Shown here one piece after another: positions 43,519 through 52,600 of a stretch of DNA of 64,000 nt. This DNA is from Patescibacteria group bacterium (GTDB lineage: Bacteria > Patescibacteriota > Patescibacteriia > UBA9570 > JAHJKD01). The stretch lies in assembly GCA_041660885.1 (NCBI GenBank), contig JBAZVM010000008.1:7537-71536 (forward strand). The letters run 5' to 3'. Numbering within the stretch: the stretch's first letter is position 1; each line of letters opens with the position of its first letter. The position numbers and the translations under genes are program-made. The notes under the pieces are model-generated. The model searched no databases, was not told the origin of the DNA, and was given only the letters and a program-made list of their open reading frames with translations.

Positions 43519-44074
43519 AAATTCTGCTTACTACAGCAGTTTGTAAAACTTGTTTGATACTTTTATCTAATGCGTGATGCGCTACCATATTAATAATGAC
43601 CCTGGGCTGCTCATTGAAAGAGCATGCCACGTAAGAACCGGTAGAAAAATTATCACAATAAGGATTAGACAATGGATAAATGCGGAAACTGATGCTATCT
43701 ATTACTATATCCGTAGAATTTATCGCTTGACTGCCTCCTGATGAGGGATAGTAATAAATATTTGTTTGGGTAGAACTTTTGCTTAATCTGGTTTGATTTC
43801 CGTCTGAATCAATTAAATACAAAGTTATATTACTCAAACCGACCGGACTGGAATAAAGCGCGTAATTTATTTTATTCGTGCGAATTTTTTGCGCCATAAA
43901 TTCCATGGTATAGCTCATTTCTCCTTCCAATTTTTTTCTACGAATGATTTTTTCCGGATGCTGAGTAAACAAAACAGTTAAATCCATGACAATAATAAAT
44001 ATCACTAAAAATATCATCATGGAAACCAAGACTTCTATCAAAGAAAATCCTTTATTATTTAATTTTCCAGTCAT
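43508..44074 (-). CDS. Minor (pseudo)pilin with a prepilin-type N-terminal cleavage/methylation domain
   Basis: MTGKLNNKG|FSLIEVLVSMMIFLVIF is a class III signal. The start was chosen at ATG 44074. The ORF track's longer form (to 44143) lies inside the upstream gene, and ATG 44092 is an alternative. Confidence 0.7.
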   Translation of the reverse strand: MTGKLNNKGFSLIEVLVSMMIFLVIFIIVMDLTVLFTQHPEKIIRRKKLEGEMSYTMEFMAQKIRTNKINYALYSSPVGLSNITLYLIDSDGNQTRLSKSSTQTNIYYYPSSGGSQAINSTDIVIDSISFRIYPLSNPYCDNFSTGSYVACSFNEQPRVIINMVAHHALDKSIKQVLQTAVVSRIYER

Positions 44075-44657
44075 ATAATTTTTCTTCAACATATTTATTA
44101 TGTATTTTTCCGCGTTCAGTCCACTGCACTTGCACTGTAACATGAATACCTATTTTTGGTGTTAACAACGGACAAGTACCGGTAGTTTTTTCACTACCAT
44201 CGGAACAAACAGGGTATAAATAAACCAAGCGAGTAAACGGTGTAACAATACCACCCGTGGAGGTATGGGTATAAAAATTGGTTGTGCTATTTTTATATAT
44301 TTTGCAATTGGCATTGGTAATAACATTCGGCGTCCAATTATACGCCCAATTGTTTGTGGTAGTAGAAAAATTAATCGTGGCGGTATAATCGTACGACGGC
44401 GATGCACCACCATATAAACCAGTATCCCAAACCACTCCGGATGTGCCCGCTTCCATAGCCAACCAATTACTGTCCCGCTTGGCGCGAACGGCTTCTATAC
44501 TTTCTCGCGCCAAGTTCGCGGCAATCACTTCCTGAGTGCGTTCGCTGGATATTTTATTCATCATCACCACCAAAGAAACAACGCTAAGAATGCCAAAGAC
44601 CAAAATGAACATGGCGGCCATAACTTCCAATAATGTTTGTCCGCGATTGTCTTTCAT
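44055..44657 (-). CDS. Minor pilin, PilV-like
   Basis: MKDNRG|QTLLEVMAAMFILVFGILSVVSLV is a prepilin-like N-terminus with Glu at +5. 200 aa. Confidence 0.7.
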   Translation of the reverse strand: MKDNRGQTLLEVMAAMFILVFGILSVVSLVVMMNKISSERTQEVIAANLARESIEAVRAKRDSNWLAMEAGTSGVVWDTGLYGGASPSYDYTATINFSTTTNNWAYNWTPNVITNANCKIYKNSTTNFYTHTSTGGIVTPFTRLVYLYPVCSDGSEKTTGTCPLLTPKIGIHVTVQVQWTERGKIHNKYVEEKLYDWKIK

Positions 44658-45166
44658 CTTATTTGTGAAGTTACTCCGTTAATAGTTATGTTTTTAGTTA
44701 AAGCCGAATTCACGGTACTGACTAAAGTAAAATTATAATCCGATGTGAACTGCGCACCATCGGCATAAGCTTTGCCTTCATAAAGGGAAAAAACAATATC
44801 GCGATGAAGGCCGGACACCCTTTGTATGTTTGTTTTGTTATCTAAATAATAAATTTCTATATCGCTATCATTCATAGGGCCGTCATATTTATAATTTCCA
44901 TTAATATCCAAATATAAAATATATTTATTTTCCTCATACCACGGCCCAACTACGCCATACCCATAACCGACAATGCCCGATGGAATGTTATATCCGCTTA
45001 TGGCGTAATTGCGCGCTTGCTCTATAACGCTGATCATTTGTTTTCTGTTGTTTTCCAAATCTTTTTCGGGGCTTCTTTGCCTGGTGATGAATAACAAAGC
45101 GGATAAAGCTATAATAGCGGTTACCACCATCACTTCCACTAAAGTAAAGCCGGTATTTTTTTTCAT
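44654..45166 (-). CDS. Minor pilin, GspH/FimT-like
   Basis: MKKNTG|FTLVEVMVVTAIIALSALLF. The ATG at 45164-45166 overlaps the pilD stop (ATGA). Confidence 0.7.
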   Translation of the reverse strand: MKKNTGFTLVEVMVVTAIIALSALLFITRQRSPEKDLENNRKQMISVIEQARNYAISGYNIPSGIVGYGYGVVGPWYEENKYILYLDINGNYKYDGPMNDSDIEIYYLDNKTNIQRVSGLHRDIVFSLYEGKAYADGAQFTSDYNFTLVSTVNSALTKNITINGVTSQIR

Positions 45167-45918
45167 AATAATAATCCTAAGTACCAATCAAGAATAAATT
45201 GGCCGAAAAGCATGGTGGTAAAAGTGGCCGCGGTTAAAAAAGTGCCAAATGGCATGGGATCGTTTAATTTTTTTCGCTTTTTAATGATTAAAGCCACCCC
45301 CCAAATCGCGCCCACGGCATAAGCCATAAACAAAGCCAGCAGCACGGCTTGCCAGCCCAGTATCAAACCCATTAATATTCCCAAACGAATATCCCCTCCG
45401 CCGATCCATCTTCCTTTGGAAATAATATATTGAAAAAAGAAAAACCCTCCGCCGATAAGCGCTCCTAAGCCCAAATCCCACCATTCCTTGCCAAGAAGCA
45501 AATTGCCAAGAAGAGCCACGACCATGGCCGGCAGGGTGAATTTATCCAATATCAAATAATATTTTAAATCGTATAAAAAAATTATTATTAAAAAACAAGA
45601 TATGACGATATTAAAAACAATTGCGAAATAATTTGGGGAAAATAAATAAATAAATAAAAAAACCGTTCCCGTGGCTAATTCCATTAAAAAATATTGCGGG
45701 GATATTTTTTTATGGCAATAACCACAGCGGCCTTTTAAAAAAATATAAGAAAAAAGAGGAACCAAATCCAAAAATCCCAACACATGTTTACAATGCACGC
45801 AATGAGACCTTTTTATAAAAAAACTTTCTTTCTTTTTCGTACGCAATACCACCACATTTAAAAAACTTCCGATTATCAATCCGAGTACAAAAAACATTAT
45901 TCCTAACAATAAATTCAT
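45163..45918 (-). CDS. pilD: Prepilin peptidase / N-methyltransferase (A24 family)
   Basis: MNLLLGIMFFVLGLIIGSFLNVV, Cys pairs CVHCKH..CGYCHKKI, and a polytopic C-terminus with GGGDIRL. The track's longer ORF starts at a TTG inside the pilA terminator, so it was trimmed. Confidence 0.9.
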   Translation of the reverse strand: MNLLLGIMFFVLGLIIGSFLNVVVLRTKKKESFFIKRSHCVHCKHVLGFLDLVPLFSYIFLKGRCGYCHKKISPQYFLMELATGTVFLFIYLFSPNYFAIVFNIVISCFLIIIFLYDLKYYLILDKFTLPAMVVALLGNLLLGKEWWDLGLGALIGGGFFFFQYIISKGRWIGGGDIRLGILMGLILGWQAVLLALFMAYAVGAIWGVALIIKKRKKLNDPMPFGTFLTAATFTTMLFGQFILDWYLGLLL

Positions 45919-45933
45919 AGCTTTATTATAACA

Positions 45934-45965
45934 AAAAAAGCCCCTCAATAAAAGGGGCTTTTTTC
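45934..45965 (-). terminator. Intrinsic terminator after the major pilin gene
   Basis: The minus strand reads AAAAAAGCCCC-ttttattga-GGGGCTTTTTTT, starting 12 nt after the pilA stop. A GC-core stem plus a U-tract. Confidence 0.8.
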
Positions 45966-45976
45966 TGAGCTAAAAA

Positions 45977-46456
45977 CTAGCTACCAATGCAAAGATAAAA
46001 TGGACTAGCATCCGTGCATAGTGTCTGTGCCGTTCCGGAAGATCTGTTAGTAACTGTTTTACCGCAACTCACACCATCGCTATCTTGATCTAGAATTTGG
46101 TTATCCTTTTCCAGCGTTGTGGCCAAACAATATCCTACGCCTAACGCTTCATAACCATACGTATATTGATCTCCAGCAACACCACCGCCCGGAGGCGCTG
46201 GCAGAGCACCGTTTAATTGGTCTACTAACGCTGTTTCTAATGCGGCCCAAGAAGTTGGTTGCGGATAAGCGTTGTTATCGTTGTAATACATTTCCACGGC
46301 GCTTTGGAGAGATTTAATATCGGAAATTCTTTTGGTATCTCTAGCTTTTGATTGAGCGGAGGTTAATGAAATAATAGCTAAAGTGGCCAATAAGCCAATA
46401 ATAGCTACTACGATCAATAATTCGATCAATGTGAAGCCTTTTTTATTTAATTTCAT
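45977..46456 (-). CDS. pilA: Major type IV pilin
   Basis: MKLNKKG|FTLIELLIVVAIIGLLATLAIISL is a canonical class III signal. 159 aa with a C-terminal Cys pair. It has its own SD, -10 and terminator. Confidence 0.9.
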   Translation of the reverse strand: MKLNKKGFTLIELLIVVAIIGLLATLAIISLTSAQSKARDTKRISDIKSLQSAVEMYYNDNNAYPQPTSWAALETALVDQLNGALPAPPGGGVAGDQYTYGYEALGVGYCLATTLEKDNQILDQDSDGVSCGKTVTNRSSGTAQTLCTDASPFYLCIGS

Positions 46457-46461
46457 TCTTT

Positions 46462-46480
46462 CACCTCCCTTCTTATTATA
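46462..46480 (-). promoter_or_regulatory. pilA Shine-Dalgarno (AGGGAGGTGA) and -10 (TATAAT)
   Basis: The minus strand reads aaaccTATAATaagaAGGGAGGTGAaagaATG. A second TGCTATTAT lies at 46498-46506. Confidence 0.6.
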
Positions 46481-46519
46481 GGTTTAGTTATCTTTAATAT
46501 AATAGCATATTTTGCTTAC

Positions 46520-47731
46520 TCAAGCAAAGTTTTCCGTTAATTGGTACATGGGCATAAGCACGCTCATTACCAGCACCATAGCGGCCGCGCCAATCAAGAT
46601 TAAAACCATCGGTTCTATCAGGCTTACCAGGGCTTTTACTTCGGAATCCGTTTCTCCTTCGTAAAAATCCGCCACTTTGGTTAAAACCGTATCTATTTTG
46701 CCGCTTTCCTCCCCCACATTAATCATATTGGTTACCAGCGGCGGTACTATCTTTTCCTGTGCCAAAATAGATGAAACTGTTTTGCCCATTTCCACTTCTT
46801 GAGCGGTTTTTAAAAATATTTTCTTATAAACCTCATTATTTACGATGTCAGCGACAATTTCAAAGGATTTTGTAACCGGTACTCCGCTGGAAAGCAAACT
46901 GGATAAACTGCGGGAAAAACGCACCATTACGGTTTTCCACATAATTCTTCCAATAATAGGGGCTTTTATTTTTAATAAATCCATATAATACTTGCCGGAT
47001 ACGCTTTTACCGTATAAATATATTCCCACGCCAAAAACGATAGCAACTAAAAATAGCATCCACCAATAGCTCACCATAAAATCGCTGGTGCCTATCAGCA
47101 TTCTAGTGGTTATAGGTAGATCCATGCCCATAGTGGAGAAAACATCTTTAAATTTTGGCACCACGAAAATCATCATGCCTATGCCCATGAATATCAGAAC
47201 GCCAAAAATGAAAGCCGGATAAATCATGGCGCCGGTAACGCGGCTTCTTAAAGCGTAATCTTTTTCTATTTGGTCCGCCAGGTAAACCAGCACTTTATCC
47301 AAACGGCCGGTAGTTTCTCCGGCGCGCACCAAATGCACGAAAAAATTATCAAAGACTTTAGGATAACGGCTTAAAGACTGGGAAAATTTAGCGCCTCCAT
47401 CCACATCCGCCGCGATATCGGCGATAATCACTTTGAAATAGGCATTATTAGTTTGTTTAACCATAACGCGCAAGGATTTTACCAAAGGCACGCTGGCGTT
47501 AAGCATAACAGAAAGCTGACGCGCGAAAAAAATAACGTCTTTACGCTTCACGCCGTTAAAAATATTCATCACTTTATCTATGGTTTTCTGAAAAGTATTA
47601 ACCTTTAAAGAAACTACTATCAGCTGCTGTTCCTTTAATATTTCCGCGGCCGCTTGCTCCGAAGGGGCTTCCACCGTACCGCTAATACTGGCTCCTCCTT
47701 GTTTGCGCGCTTGATATTTATAATTTGGCAT
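46520..47731 (-). CDS. pilC: Type IV pilus platform protein (GspF/PilC family)
   Basis: 403 aa with two T2SSF repeats and 3 TM segments. The C-terminus reads LIEPMVLILIGAAAMVLVMSVLMPMYQL. Confidence 0.9.
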   Translation of the reverse strand: MPNYKYQARKQGGASISGTVEAPSEQAAAEILKEQQLIVVSLKVNTFQKTIDKVMNIFNGVKRKDVIFFARQLSVMLNASVPLVKSLRVMVKQTNNAYFKVIIADIAADVDGGAKFSQSLSRYPKVFDNFFVHLVRAGETTGRLDKVLVYLADQIEKDYALRSRVTGAMIYPAFIFGVLIFMGIGMMIFVVPKFKDVFSTMGMDLPITTRMLIGTSDFMVSYWWMLFLVAIVFGVGIYLYGKSVSGKYYMDLLKIKAPIIGRIMWKTVMVRFSRSLSSLLSSGVPVTKSFEIVADIVNNEVYKKIFLKTAQEVEMGKTVSSILAQEKIVPPLVTNMINVGEESGKIDTVLTKVADFYEGETDSEVKALVSLIEPMVLILIGAAAMVLVMSVLMPMYQLTENFA

Positions 47732-47734
47732 ATT

Positions 47735-48820
47735 TTATTGGTAGCGGTTTATTATTGTTTGCAAAAATTCTCGATCATGGGCGTTTTCCAAGGCCACGGC
47801 CATGCTGATTTCTCCTTTATGCATAAGCTCGGCTAAAGACCTGTCAAAAGCCACCATATTTTGTTTGGTGGAATTATAAAGCACGTTAGGCATCTTATTC
47901 ACTTCTCCGGAAGCAATAATGGCTCTGGCGGATTGGTCGTTCTCCGGAAAAAAAAGTTCGCAGGCCACGGCCGCGGTGCCGGATAAACTCGGCAACATTC
48001 TTTGCACCATTACCCCGCATAAAGTATCAGCTAGCTTATTCTGCACGAAATTATGCTCGGCCACGGGAAATTCATTAATTATGTTTTCCAGAACTTTAAT
48101 AGTAGATTCCGCGTTTACGGCCGCGATAACCAGCCGGCCGGAATCAACCACTTTAAAGGCTTGTTCGATCATTTCTTTGCCTGCCAATTCGGATAACACA
48201 ACCACGTCGACATCTTCTTCTCCAATAAATTTTAATGCCTCTAAAATCGTGGGGGTGTCTCGGCCCAATTCCCGCTGTTCAATAATGCTGCGATTATCCA
48301 CAAATAAATATTCAATGGGATTCTCAATGGTGATGATATGCTTAGTTTCATTTTGATTGATAGTTTCCACAATGCCGGCCAAGGTGGAAGATTTCCCCGC
48401 GCCGAATGTGCCGGCAATTAAAATTAAACCCTTCTTTAGAGCGGCTATTTGCTGGGCGTAAGGGGGCAACCCCAGCTCAGATAAATTTTTAATATGGCTG
48501 GGTATTAACTTCAGGGATACAGATAAAACGCCTTTTTGAAAATAAACGCTGACTTTAAAACGCATTTTATTCGATGTGGTGTAGGTGAAAACAATTTCCT
48601 TTTTTACATCTAATGCTTTTTGCTGTTCCGGAGTTAACCAACTGTCCACGATGTTCTTTAAAAAATTAACGTTTAACAAAACTTCATTGTTCAATGGAAA
48701 CAACTTTCCGTCTACGCGCAAAATCGGATAATTCCCCGCGACCAAATGAAGGTCGGAAGCTTTATATTCCGCCACAGCCGCCAGCAACTTGTTCAATAAT
48801 AATTGATCAGTCGTATCCAT
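47735..48820 (-). CDS. pilT: Twitching-motility-type retraction ATPase (PilT family)
   Basis: ASDLHLVAGNYPILRVDG, Walker A GTFGAGKSST, Asp box and His box. The start was set to ATG 48820 because the track start 48832 is TTG. Confidence 0.85.
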   Translation of the reverse strand: MDTTDQLLLNKLLAAVAEYKASDLHLVAGNYPILRVDGKLFPLNNEVLLNVNFLKNIVDSWLTPEQQKALDVKKEIVFTYTTSNKMRFKVSVYFQKGVLSVSLKLIPSHIKNLSELGLPPYAQQIAALKKGLILIAGTFGAGKSSTLAGIVETINQNETKHIITIENPIEYLFVDNRSIIEQRELGRDTPTILEALKFIGEEDVDVVVLSELAGKEMIEQAFKVVDSGRLVIAAVNAESTIKVLENIINEFPVAEHNFVQNKLADTLCGVMVQRMLPSLSGTAAVACELFFPENDQSARAIIASGEVNKMPNVLYNSTKQNMVAFDRSLAELMHKGEISMAVALENAHDREFLQTIINRYQ

Positions 48821-48835
48821 AGAACAAAGCAAAAT

Positions 48836-49213
48836 TTATTTTATAACTTTCTTGATTTTTTCCACCACTTCCGAAGGCGTGAAATAAGCTTTGATTAAAT
48901 AATCAACCGCGCCCATGGCTAATCCTTTATCCACATCCTCTTTTTGCCCTAAATTCGTTAGCAATATTACCGGAATATTTTTTGTCTTTTCTTCTTTTTT
49001 CAAAGCCTTCAGCACTCCCCAGCCATCCACTTTAGGCAGCAAAATATCCAATAAAACCACATCGGGCGCCTTTTCCTGGGCCAGCTTTATGCCTTCCGCG
49101 CCGTCTCCGGCTGCGTACACCGTAAAATTCTGATTCTCCAACTTGCTTTGGTACATGCGCGCTAAAAATGCGTCGTCTTCTACCAGCAAAATTTTAAGCT
49201 TTTCTTTTTCCAT
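48836..49213 (-). CDS. Stand-alone response-regulator receiver embedded between pilB and pilT
   Basis: 125 aa: ILLVEDD, VVLLDILLPKVDGW, VILLTNL, AVDYLIK. Confidence 0.85.
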   Translation of the reverse strand: MEKEKLKILLVEDDAFLARMYQSKLENQNFTVYAAGDGAEGIKLAQEKAPDVVLLDILLPKVDGWGVLKALKKEEKTKNIPVILLTNLGQKEDVDKGLAMGAVDYLIKAYFTPSEVVEKIKKVIK

Positions 49214-49230
49214 AGTATTGAAAATTAATG

Positions 49231-50976
49231 TTAATCTTTGGTGGCGTTTAATACTTCTTCCAGCGTGGTTAAACCGCGCAGCGCTTTAATAATGCCATCT
49301 TGTTTCATGGTCAGTAACCCTTGGCGCTTGCACTCTTCTTTGACTACGTTAATATCGCTGATTTTTCCGGCCGCGATTATTTCTTTCAGATGGTCCGTTA
49401 CTTCCAGCACTTCCACCATGGCGATACGGCCGCGATAACCGGATTGCTCGCAAATGGGGCAGCCCTTGGCTTTTTTAAATTTTAACGGCCTGGTTAAATC
49501 AAGGTCTTTCGGCAAAACAGAAGCCTGGATATCTTTCAATTCGGCAAAAATGGTGTCTTCTTCGGCTTTGGGCAAATTAACGACTTCTTGGCATTTATCG
49601 CAAATTTTTCTGATTAATCTTTGCGCCACTACTACGTTCATGGAAGAAGAAATTAAAAAAGGTTCTATGCCCATGTCGATCATTCTGGGAATAGCGCCGA
49701 AAGCGTCGTTAGTGTGCAATGTGGAAAGTACCATATGCCCGGTAAGCGCCGCATGCACGGCCAGCTCAGCGGTTTCTTTATCGCGGATTTCTCCGACCAT
49801 CACCACATCGGGGTCTTGGCGCAGGATGGAACGAAGGCCGGCGGCAAAAGTCAGCCCCACTTCGGGCCGCACTTGCGCTTGGCCCACGCCGGGAATATTA
49901 TATTCCACCGGATCTTCCAGCGTTACGATATTTACATCTTCTTTATTTAAGATGGTTAATAAAGAATAAAGCGTAGTGCTTTTTCCGGAACCCGTGGGCC
50001 CGGTTACCAGAACCAAACCATGAGGGGTTTTTATATTGCTTTTCACCACTTCTAAATTTCTATCGCTAAAGCCCAAGGCTTCCAATGTCAATGCTTCTTT
50101 GGAAGTGTCCAAGATACGCATCACGACTTTTTCCCTGTTATATAAAGGCAAAGTGGAAACACGGAATTCCACGTCCCTTCCTTCGAATTTTATTTTAAAG
50201 CGTCCGTCTTGGGGCAATCTGGTTTCATCTATTTTTAAATTGGAAAGAACTTTAATTCTGGCTACCAAAGAGGGGTGGATGTTAATAGGCAGGAGCAAAG
50301 AAGTATGCAGAACGCCGTCTACTCTGTAGCGCACGCGCGTTTCCATTTCTAAGGGTTCAACATGAATATCCGAAGCGCCGCCTTCAATGGCGTGGCGTAA
50401 AATTACGGCCACGGTTTTGGAAACCGGCGCGCTTTTTACCACTTTTTCCGACTCTTCTTCTTTTAACAAATCTTGATTGCCTTCTTCCAATACATCGGAT
50501 TTTTGCAAAGCCTCGGATATTTCCTGGGAAAGGCTGGCATATTGCTTTAAAACAGAATTCAAGCTGGAAGCGCTGGTAAGATAATAAATAAAACGCATTC
50601 CTTTATTTCGGCTGATAAAATCCAAAGCCTCTACCGCTTTATAATCCTGCGGATCAAGCAAGGCTATGTTAATATCGTTTTCCTTCTTGGCGAAAGGAAC
50701 AAGATGATAAGTGCGCGCCACTTCCTCGGGTATGATGTTCAAGATTTCCTTGGCCACTTGCTGGCCGGTTAAATCAATCACCGGAATATTCAGCACTTGG
50801 CCTTTCAAATTTAGCATGGCGTCTTCCGTGAGAATGCGTTTTTGCACCAATAAATCGAAAATATTCACTCTCTGCAAGCTGCTCTCGTTAATCAACGCTT
50901 GAAATTGTTCGTTGGAAAGAAGTTTGCGCGAAGTTAAAGCTTCGGCGATTAATTGTGTAACATTATCTAGCGCCAT
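49231..50976 (-). CDS. pilB: Type IV pilus extension ATPase (GspE/PilB family)
   Basis: 581 aa. An N-terminal T2SSE_N domain, Walker A GPTGSGKSTT, Walker B/Asp box, His box and a tetracysteine motif CDKC...CPIC. Confidence 0.92.
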   Translation of the reverse strand: MALDNVTQLIAEALTSRKLLSNEQFQALINESSLQRVNIFDLLVQKRILTEDAMLNLKGQVLNIPVIDLTGQQVAKEILNIIPEEVARTYHLVPFAKKENDINIALLDPQDYKAVEALDFISRNKGMRFIYYLTSASSLNSVLKQYASLSQEISEALQKSDVLEEGNQDLLKEEESEKVVKSAPVSKTVAVILRHAIEGGASDIHVEPLEMETRVRYRVDGVLHTSLLLPINIHPSLVARIKVLSNLKIDETRLPQDGRFKIKFEGRDVEFRVSTLPLYNREKVVMRILDTSKEALTLEALGFSDRNLEVVKSNIKTPHGLVLVTGPTGSGKSTTLYSLLTILNKEDVNIVTLEDPVEYNIPGVGQAQVRPEVGLTFAAGLRSILRQDPDVVMVGEIRDKETAELAVHAALTGHMVLSTLHTNDAFGAIPRMIDMGIEPFLISSSMNVVVAQRLIRKICDKCQEVVNLPKAEEDTIFAELKDIQASVLPKDLDLTRPLKFKKAKGCPICEQSGYRGRIAMVEVLEVTDHLKEIIAAGKISDINVVKEECKRQGLLTMKQDGIIKALRGLTTLEEVLNATKD

Positions 50977-51904
50977 TGATATTGCTGTTGTTATTGCTAG
51001 GCAAGCTAAAAGGATGGCTGTTGCCTTGTTCCGTGATCAATAATGACCGCGGAGATTCATTGTCGGTTTCGTCTAAAGCGGTTATAGTATAATAATAAAT
51101 AATATTGTCGGAAACCGTTTGATCAAGATAAATTTCACTGCCATCGGTAATGCGAGCGATCTCCGTATTATTGTTCACTTCCCCGAATTTTTCCGTGCGA
51201 TAAATAATTATTTCGGCTAAATCATCATCCGGCGGGTTAATCCAAGAAATTGCCAATTCATTGCCCTGGGCCGTGTTTGTTACCGTTACATTTTCCGGAG
51301 AAACCGGCGGAGTTTTATCAGTCGCAAAACCGGGATAAACAATATTATCTCCGGATTCTGTTTGCGATTCGCCCACCGTAGCCACGGAACGAACTTCATA
51401 ATAATATATAACATCGTTTTGCAAATCGCTGTCTCTAAATTGTCCGGAAACCGGCAATTCATCGGCTACCAATTTCTTCTCGCCGTTGGCTGATTCTCCG
51501 CGGTAGATGCGTACAAATTGGTAATCCAAATATTCCGGCTGAAGCCAATAGATGATCAAAGTTCTGCCAATTTTCGGATCATATACTGAAATATTAACGG
51601 GCGGCACGGGCGCGTCTTTCCCCGTGGAAACGCCCATGGTTTGGCGATTATATTCCAGTCTTTCTGATTTTTTTAAAAAATAAAAACTTTTATCGTCTAA
51701 TTTATCCACTCCAAATTCCGAAATAATTTTTAAAGAAGAGGCTTGGCCGATCGTCAAATCGCTCTGAGTGGTATCGGATAATTTTTGCTGAAAATAAAGG
51801 CTATAAACCAAATAAGCGGCGATTATCAACACGGCCAACAAACAAGCAATAACCAATAAATTCTTCCAATTGAATGATAAATTAAAACGATTTTTCTTGC
51901 TCAT
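50963..51904 (-). CDS. Membrane-anchored protein with two FN3-like domains (pilus-operon member)
   Basis: 313 aa with an N-terminal TM. Two units start with PP-V-P-N-(I/V)- and contain ...W..P......(I/V)(I/R)IYR.E..., which is FN3-like. Overlaps the pilB start by 14 nt. Confidence 0.55.
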   Translation of the reverse strand: MSKKNRFNLSFNWKNLLVIACLLAVLIIAAYLVYSLYFQQKLSDTTQSDLTIGQASSLKIISEFGVDKLDDKSFYFLKKSERLEYNRQTMGVSTGKDAPVPPVNISVYDPKIGRTLIIYWLQPEYLDYQFVRIYRGESANGEKKLVADELPVSGQFRDSDLQNDVIYYYEVRSVATVGESQTESGDNIVYPGFATDKTPPVSPENVTVTNTAQGNELAISWINPPDDDLAEIIIYRTEKFGEVNNNTEIARITDGSEIYLDQTVSDNIIYYYTITALDETDNESPRSLLITEQGNSHPFSLPSNNNSNINGAR

Positions 51905-51907
51905 ATT

Positions 51908-52600
51908 TTATTGTGGTAGAGCTAATTCTTCTTCTGTTACTTCGCTATTTACAGCGGTATTTGTTTCCAAGGAAACAGCGTCATCGGAATAATAATAAGT
52001 AGTGAAAGTAAACGAATACATGGTTTTTTCCGGGGTATAGCTGACGGAAGTAATATCTATCAACCTGATATTATTTTCCAAACTATCTAAAAAAGACTTG
52101 AATCTTTCATAAGTAAAATCTTGCCCCGCTTCCCCGCCAGTTAAATTAACATTTAAAGAAACTGTTTTTATTTCCGCGGGCAAGGTCGTGGTAGGTTCAA
52201 CAATCGCGGCGGTAATATCCGGAGTGGCCGTCTCCGCAGCTTCGCTTATATTCACGCTGGTTAATACCAGCCCATTATCTTTCGCTAATACTTCCATTTG
52301 TGCGAAAAGCAGATACACTTCTTCATTTTGCGGTAAAATATAATCTAGATTCTGCCACGCGCGGAAAGTTAATTCTTCCTCCGCTTGTTTCATGGCTTCC
52401 AATTCTTGCAAATAAGTTTCCCGTTCGCTTTTTTGGCTTAAAGTATCATTATATTGCAGAACGCCATTTTGTTTTAATTGCTGATATTGCGGCCAGAGCA
52501 TGAAATATCCGCCAACGATTATAATAACCAAGCTTAATCCTATGGCGAAATATTTGCTGTAAGAATCAAACGCGTTTTTTAAATCTTCTTTTATTGCCAT
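51908..52600 (-). CDS. pilO: PilO-like pilus assembly protein
   Basis: 230 aa. A short N-terminus, a TM (FAIGLSLVIIIVGGYFMLW), a coiled coil and a C-terminal alpha/beta region. Its position after pilN also fits. Confidence 0.55.
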   Translation of the reverse strand: MAIKEDLKNAFDSYSKYFAIGLSLVIIIVGGYFMLWPQYQQLKQNGVLQYNDTLSQKSERETYLQELEAMKQAEEELTFRAWQNLDYILPQNEEVYLLFAQMEVLAKDNGLVLTSVNISEAAETATPDITAAIVEPTTTLPAEIKTVSLNVNLTGGEAGQDFTYERFKSFLDSLENNIRLIDITSVSYTPEKTMYSFTFTTYYYSDDAVSLETNTAVNSEVTEEELALPQ

